DNA from: Catillopecten margaritatus gill symbiont
GTDB taxonomy: Bacteria; Pseudomonadota; Gammaproteobacteria; PS1; Pseudothioglobaceae
DNA length: 64,000 bases
NCBI GenBank assembly: GCA_037956075.1
Contig: CP138327.1
Coordinates: 1,308,296-1,372,295 of the forward strand
Reading direction: 5' to 3'
Every line of letters begins with the position of its first letter. The stretch's first letter is position 1. Positions 59,336-64,000 of this stretch are shown one piece after another. The notes below the pieces were generated by a model. It had not been told where the DNA came from, did not search any database, and worked only from the letters and a program-made list of their open reading frames with translations. The position numbers and the translations under genes are program-made.

Positions 59336-61156
59336 ATGAACGACAAACTCAGAAATATTGCCATTATTGCCCATGTTGACCACGGAAAAACTACCTTGGT
59401 TGACAAACTTTTGGAGCAATCTCAGACTTTTGATGACCGTTTTGAGTCTTCGGATAGAATGATGGATTCTAACGATTTGGAAAAAGAACGAGGCATTACC
59501 ATTTCAAGTAAAAATACTGCCATTAAGTGGAATGATTATCATATTAATATTGTTGACACTCCAGGACACGCCGACTTTGGTGGTGAGGTAGAACGAGTTT
59601 TGTCAATGGTGGATTCGGTTTTATTGTTGGTTGATGCACAGGAAGGTCCGATGCCACAAACCCGTTTTGTGACTAAAAAGGCCTTTGACCAAGGACTAAA
59701 CCCGATTGTGGTTATCAATAAAATTGACAAAGATGCGGCACGCCCTGATTGGGTAATTGACCAAGTTTTTGATTTATTCGACCAACTCGGTGCAACCGAT
59801 GAACAATTAGATTTCCCGATTATTTACGCTTCAAGTATTAATGGTTACGCAACTTTGGAAGATGGTGTGCGTGAAGGCGATATGACACCGATGTTTGAAA
59901 CTATTGTTGAAAAAGTGGCAGCGCCAGAAGTGGATGTTGATGCACCTTTGCAAATGCAAATCACTGCCTTAGATTATTCCTCATTTGTTGGTGCAATCGG
60001 CATTGGTCGCATCACCCGTGGCACGATTAAGAAAAACCAACAAGTTATCATTATTGATGCTAATGGCAAAGAACGCAAAGGTAAAATCGCCAATTTAATG
60101 GGCTTTATGGGTCTTGATAAGGTGGATGTTGACAGTGCGGAAGCGGGTAATATTGCTTGTATTGTTGGTATTGAGGGTATCTCAATTTCAGATACGGTTT
60201 GCGATGTAGAAGGTGCAGAAGCCTTGCCACCACTCAGCGTGGATGAGCCAACCGTATCAATGGCATTTCGTGTCAACGACTCGCCATTTGCAGGTCAAGA
60301 CGGCAAATATATTACCTCACGCAATATCCGTGACCGCCTAGATAAAGAATTAATTTACAATGTGGCTTTGCGTGTTGCCAACACCGATGACCCGTCAGAA
60401 TTTATCGTTTCAGGTCGTGGCGAATTGCATCTTTCTGTTTTGATTGAAACGATGCGTCGTGAAGGTTTTGAGTTGGCAGTGGGTCGTCCACAAGTGATTT
60501 TAAGGGAAATTGATGGCGTTACTTGCGAGCCGTTTGAAGATTTGAGCGTGGATGTTGAAAGCCAGCACCAAGGCACAGTAATGGAAAAATTAGGCGAACG
60601 CAAAGCAGAACTGACCAATATGATGCCAGACGGTAATGGTCGTGTAAAGTTAGACTTTAACATTCCTGCACGAGGTTTAATCGGTTTTAGAACTGAATTT
60701 CTAACTGCAACCACAGGCACAGGTTTGATGAACTCAACTTTCGATTCATATAAACCACAAAAAGACGGTATCATCGGTCAACGCAACAACGGTTCATTAA
60801 TCTCAATGAACCAAGGTCAAGCGGTTGCTTACGCAATTTTCAACTTGCAAAAATCAGGTAAATTCTTTGTTGAACACAATACTGATATTTACGAAGGTAT
60901 GGTTGTCGGTATTCACACTCGTGAAAACGATTTGGTCATCAATGTAATGAAAGGCAAGCAACTCACCAATGTCCGTGCCTCAGGTACAGATGAAGCGGTT
61001 TCACTCACGCCAGCAATTAAATTAGACCTTGAACAAGCCCTAGAATTTATTGATGATGATGAGTTAGTGGAAGTAACACCAAACAACATTCGTATTCGCA
61101 AACGCTTGTTGAGTGAAACTGCTAGAAAACGCTCCAAGCCTAAGGCTGAAAAGTAA
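59336..61156 (+). CDS. typA: ribosome-dependent GTPase TypA/BipA
   Basis: [23 protein letters not shown] start (internal Met of the track ORF). [14 protein letters not shown]. Confidence 0.95.
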   Translation: MNDKLRNIAIIAHVDHGKTTLVDKLLEQSQTFDDRFESSDRMMDSNDLEKERGITISSKNTAIKWNDYHINIVDTPGHADFGGEVERVLSMVDSVLLLVDAQEGPMPQTRFVTKKAFDQGLNPIVVINKIDKDAARPDWVIDQVFDLFDQLGATDEQLDFPIIYASSINGYATLEDGVREGDMTPMFETIVEKVAAPEVDVDAPLQMQITALDYSSFVGAIGIGRITRGTIKKNQQVIIIDANGKERKGKIANLMGFMGLDKVDVDSAEAGNIACIVGIEGISISDTVCDVEGAEALPPLSVDEPTVSMAFRVNDSPFAGQDGKYITSRNIRDRLDKELIYNVALRVANTDDPSEFIVSGRGELHLSVLIETMRREGFELAVGRPQVILREIDGVTCEPFEDLSVDVESQHQGTVMEKLGERKAELTNMMPDGNGRVKLDFNIPARGLIGFRTEFLTATTGTGLMNSTFDSYKPQKDGIIGQRNNGSLISMNQGQAVAYAIFNLQKSGKFFVEHNTDIYEGMVVGIHTRENDLVINVMKGKQLTNVRASGTDEAVSLTPAIKLDLEQALEFIDDDELVEVTPNNIRIRKRLLSETARKRSKPKAEK

Positions 61157-61166
61157 TTCAGAAGTT

Positions 61167-61198
61167 TAAAAACCGACCTACTTAGGTCGGTTTTTTTT
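61167..61198 (+). terminator. rho-independent terminator
   Basis: AAAACCGACCTA-CT-TAGGTCGGTTTTTTTT. Confidence 0.8.
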
Positions 61199-61213
61199 GA
61201 TATACTACCGCAT

Positions 61214-64000
61214 CATGGATAAATTTCTCAATTTTTTTGTTAGGCAAAAAAAGCTGGCTTTGGTTTTCACATTGAGCGTGATTTCTGTCGGTATTTTGGT
61301 GCTTAACAATATTCAAAGAGACCAGTTCCCCAATGTAGATTTTGAAACCATGATGATTTCTACTGCTTATCCAGGGGCATCGCCTGAGGATGTTGAGCAG
61401 AATGTGACTAATTTGATTGAAGATGAATTAAATGATGTTTCAGGGATTGAGAAATTTACTTCCAAATCTCGTGCAGGTATTTCTAGTATCATCGTTAAAC
61501 TTTCTCAAGATATTGATGACCTTTCTGAACTTAAGCAAGATATTAGGAATGCGGTGAGTCGAGTGAGGTCTTTGCCTGCTGAAGTTGTGAATTTGCCAGA
61601 AGTACTTGATATTAAGCCTTCTAGACAAAGTATCCTGAGGGCGAACATTGCTGGTGATTCGCTGTCTTATGCTGAACTTCGTCAAATTGTGGATGAGTTT
61701 GCTACTTCGATTGAAACTGTGGAAGGCGTGTCAGAGGTTGAAAAACAGGGGTATCTTGGTAAGGAAATTCAAGTCAAAATCAATCCGCAGAAACTCTATC
61801 TACATAAACTGTCCTTACCACAAGTAATGAATGCCATTGAGCAGCGTAATAAGCGTTATACCGTTGGTAATAATAATAGTGATAAAGATGAAAAAACCAT
61901 TGTCGTGCTGTCTAAATTTGCCAAGGCAGATGAAGTGGGTGAAGTGATTATTAAGTCCAGTTTTAGTGGTCCGATTATTCGTCTAAAAGAGGTGGCAACC
62001 ATTACTGAAGGTAATGTGGAGGAAAAATCTATCGTCCGTGTGAATGGCAAAAAGGGCTTTATTTTAAACATCAAAAAACAATCGCAGGCGGATGTGATTA
62101 CCACGGTGGATTTAATCAAAGAAAAAATAACAGCAATGAATCAAAAATACGATAATAAGTTGCAGATTTTTTATGCCTCAGATAAATCTAAATATGTGCG
62201 TAACCGACTCAAAATTGTGACCAATAACGGCATAATAGGTTTGATGTTGGTGTTGGTCATTTTGGGTATATTTTTATCTTTTAAAACAGCATTTTGGGTG
62301 GCAGTTAGCTTGCCAGTCAGTTTGTTAGGCTCAGTGGCGTTGTTGGGCGCATCGGGGGAAACCATTAATTTGGTGTCGCTAGCGGCAATGATTTTGGTGC
62401 TGGGTATCGTGGTGGATGATTCGATTATTGTGGCAGAAAGTGTGCATCATTATCGACAGCAAGGAATCGATCGATATAAGGCGGCGACACTGGGTTTTAA
62501 ACGGGTAATTATGCCAGTGATTACCACCATTTTGACCACTGTATTGGCGTTCTCATCGATGTTTATGATGGATGGCACGATGGGTAAGTTTATTTATGTG
62601 ATTCCATTGATTGTGATTTTTGCATTGAGTTTGTCTTTTTTAGAGGTGTCTATTGCTTTGCCAGCGCATTTGGCAGATGTTAAGGTGGAAGAAAAAAAGC
62701 ACAATTGGTTTGAGAAGGTTGAGCAAAAATTTGAAACTTTTTTGACAAAAGTGTTGAAAATTAGATACTTAATTGTTATCTTGTTTACGGCATTGTTGAT
62801 TGGCTCTTTGGCATTCGCTGCCACCCAAATGAGATTCGCTTTATTCCCTGCAGTGGGTGCTGATAATATCAATGCAAGATTGGTGATGAAAGCGGGTTCA
62901 TCACTGAGCAATACTGAGCACAAGGCGAAAGAAGTGGAGGCGTTGGTAACAACAATTGTTGGTGAAGATTTGGTGTCAATCACGACTGATGTGGGTAATT
63001 ATTATACGCACAAAGCATTTTTCAACATTGACCTAATACCTTCTAATGACCGTGAAACAGATTCTAAGGTAATGTTAGAAAAACTCAAAGCCAGTGCCAA
63101 TCAAATCACAGGTATTGAAAAGTTGCGTTTTTCTGTAAAGCGTCCAGGTCCACCACAGGGTGGGGATGTGGAAATTAATTTGATTGCTCAAAACGACACG
63201 CAAAGAAAAAAAGCTGCGTCAAAATTAGAACAGATTTTAGAAGCGATGGAAGGTGTAGATAACATTGACCGTGATGATGACCCAGGTAAAGACCGTATTG
63301 AAGTAGCGTTAGATTATGAAAAAATGGCACGATTGGAAATTGACCAATCCACGCTTAATCAATATTTGCGTGCGGCCTTTACGGGTAATGATGTGACCAA
63401 TATGCGTGAGGGTAAAAATGATGTGAATTTTAGGGTGTATTTGGGTGAAAATAGCCATTCCGAAGATTTTATTCGTGGCATCAAAGTCGTTAATAAAAAA
63501 GGGCGTGCCGTGCCGATTGATAACTTTGCCAGTATTCGCACCATCGTCGGCGAGCCAAATTTCACCCATTACAATGGACTGCGTTCAACGATGGTGAGTG
63601 CCAGTATTGAAGACGCAAAAACCACCACCAAAGTCGTGATGCGTGATGCGCTTGAGCAATTAAATTTGAGTAATAATTTCCCTAGTGTGCGTGTTGTTAG
63701 CGAAGGCGGCGCCAAAGAAACAAACGACTCTATGAAAAGTTTTATACAGGCATTCGTAATGGCAATTTTCGGTATTTTCTTATTGCTGGTGTTGTTATTT
63801 AATTCTTACACGCAACCTTTATTAATTTTAAGCACCATTCCATTCTCAGTGATTGGCGTGATTTGGGCGTTTTTCTTGCACGGAGAATCGTTGAGCTTCT
63901 TTGCCGTCTTAGGTCTTTTGGCGTTAGTAGGTGTGATTGTGAATGATTCTTTGGTCTTAGTCTCGCATCTGAATTATTTGAAAAAGAAGGGCATAACAGA
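61214..64000 (+). CDS. RND efflux transporter permease (AcrB/HAE family), 3'-truncated by the window end
   Basis: Own translation from ATG 61214: MDKFLNFFVRQKKLALVFTLSVISVGILVLNNIQRDQFPNVDFETMMISTAYPGASPEDVEQNVT... The frame stays open to position 64000, so it is absent from the ORF track. Confidence 0.8.

Overview
AT-rich bacterial chromosome segment. Gene content and order look gammaproteobacterial; a free-living or symbiotic sulfur-oxidiser (SUP05-like lineage) is a guess only. The backbone is ordinary housekeeping: rlmH-rsfS-nadD, a tRNA-Ala/Glu/Glu cluster, rluD-pgeF, mutM, trpS, rluB, ileS, aroB, gatCAB, selO, proS, psd, eno, dnaK-dnaJ, coaD-rsmD-ppa-rnd, an ntrY-like two-component pair, trkA/trkH, dinG-ispB-rlmE, typA, and a partial RND pump. 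The unusual part is what sits between and inside these genes. (1) An unclassified repeat family has a ~70-bp hairpin core (TGTCATYCCGAGCGYTAGCCGAGGRATCT / AGATCCYTCGNCTNNCGCTCRGGATGACA). The core is flanked by direct-repeat arrays that copy only the arm tips. It occurs at six intergenic loci and expands to ~1.2 kb of nested 18/25/42-bp arrays (49153-50330) inside a 2-kb gene-free block. One core is split exactly at its centre by a decayed IS1182-like element. (2) A 23-bp REP palindrome (TGTAAGAGGTTSAACCTCTTACA) flanks an IS200-like RAYT gene. It also lies in-frame inside nadD and inside the RAYT gene, supplies stop codons for rluD and rluB, and brackets a diverged fossil copy of the rluB 3' end. 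(3) An orphan type I-F-like mini CRISPR array (3 repeats, 2 spacers) has no cas genes in view. A solitary fourth repeat lies 590 bp away, abutting a phage tape-measure-like gene fragment. (4) A ~204-bp MITE-like element with 20-bp terminal inverted repeats is present in three copies, one with a 5-bp target duplication in the dnaK-dnaJ spacer. (5) Many small accessory cassettes are wedged into housekeeping operon junctions, often with TAATG/ATGA start-stop overlaps: hicAB, yafQ-dinJ, DUF4160/DUF2442 inside gatCAB, a frameshifted KilA-N gene, a DUF4760-like gene, and an uncharacterised 59-aa + 189-aa pair ahead of eno. No rRNA genes were seen. All homology calls come from reading motifs by eye, not from database searches.
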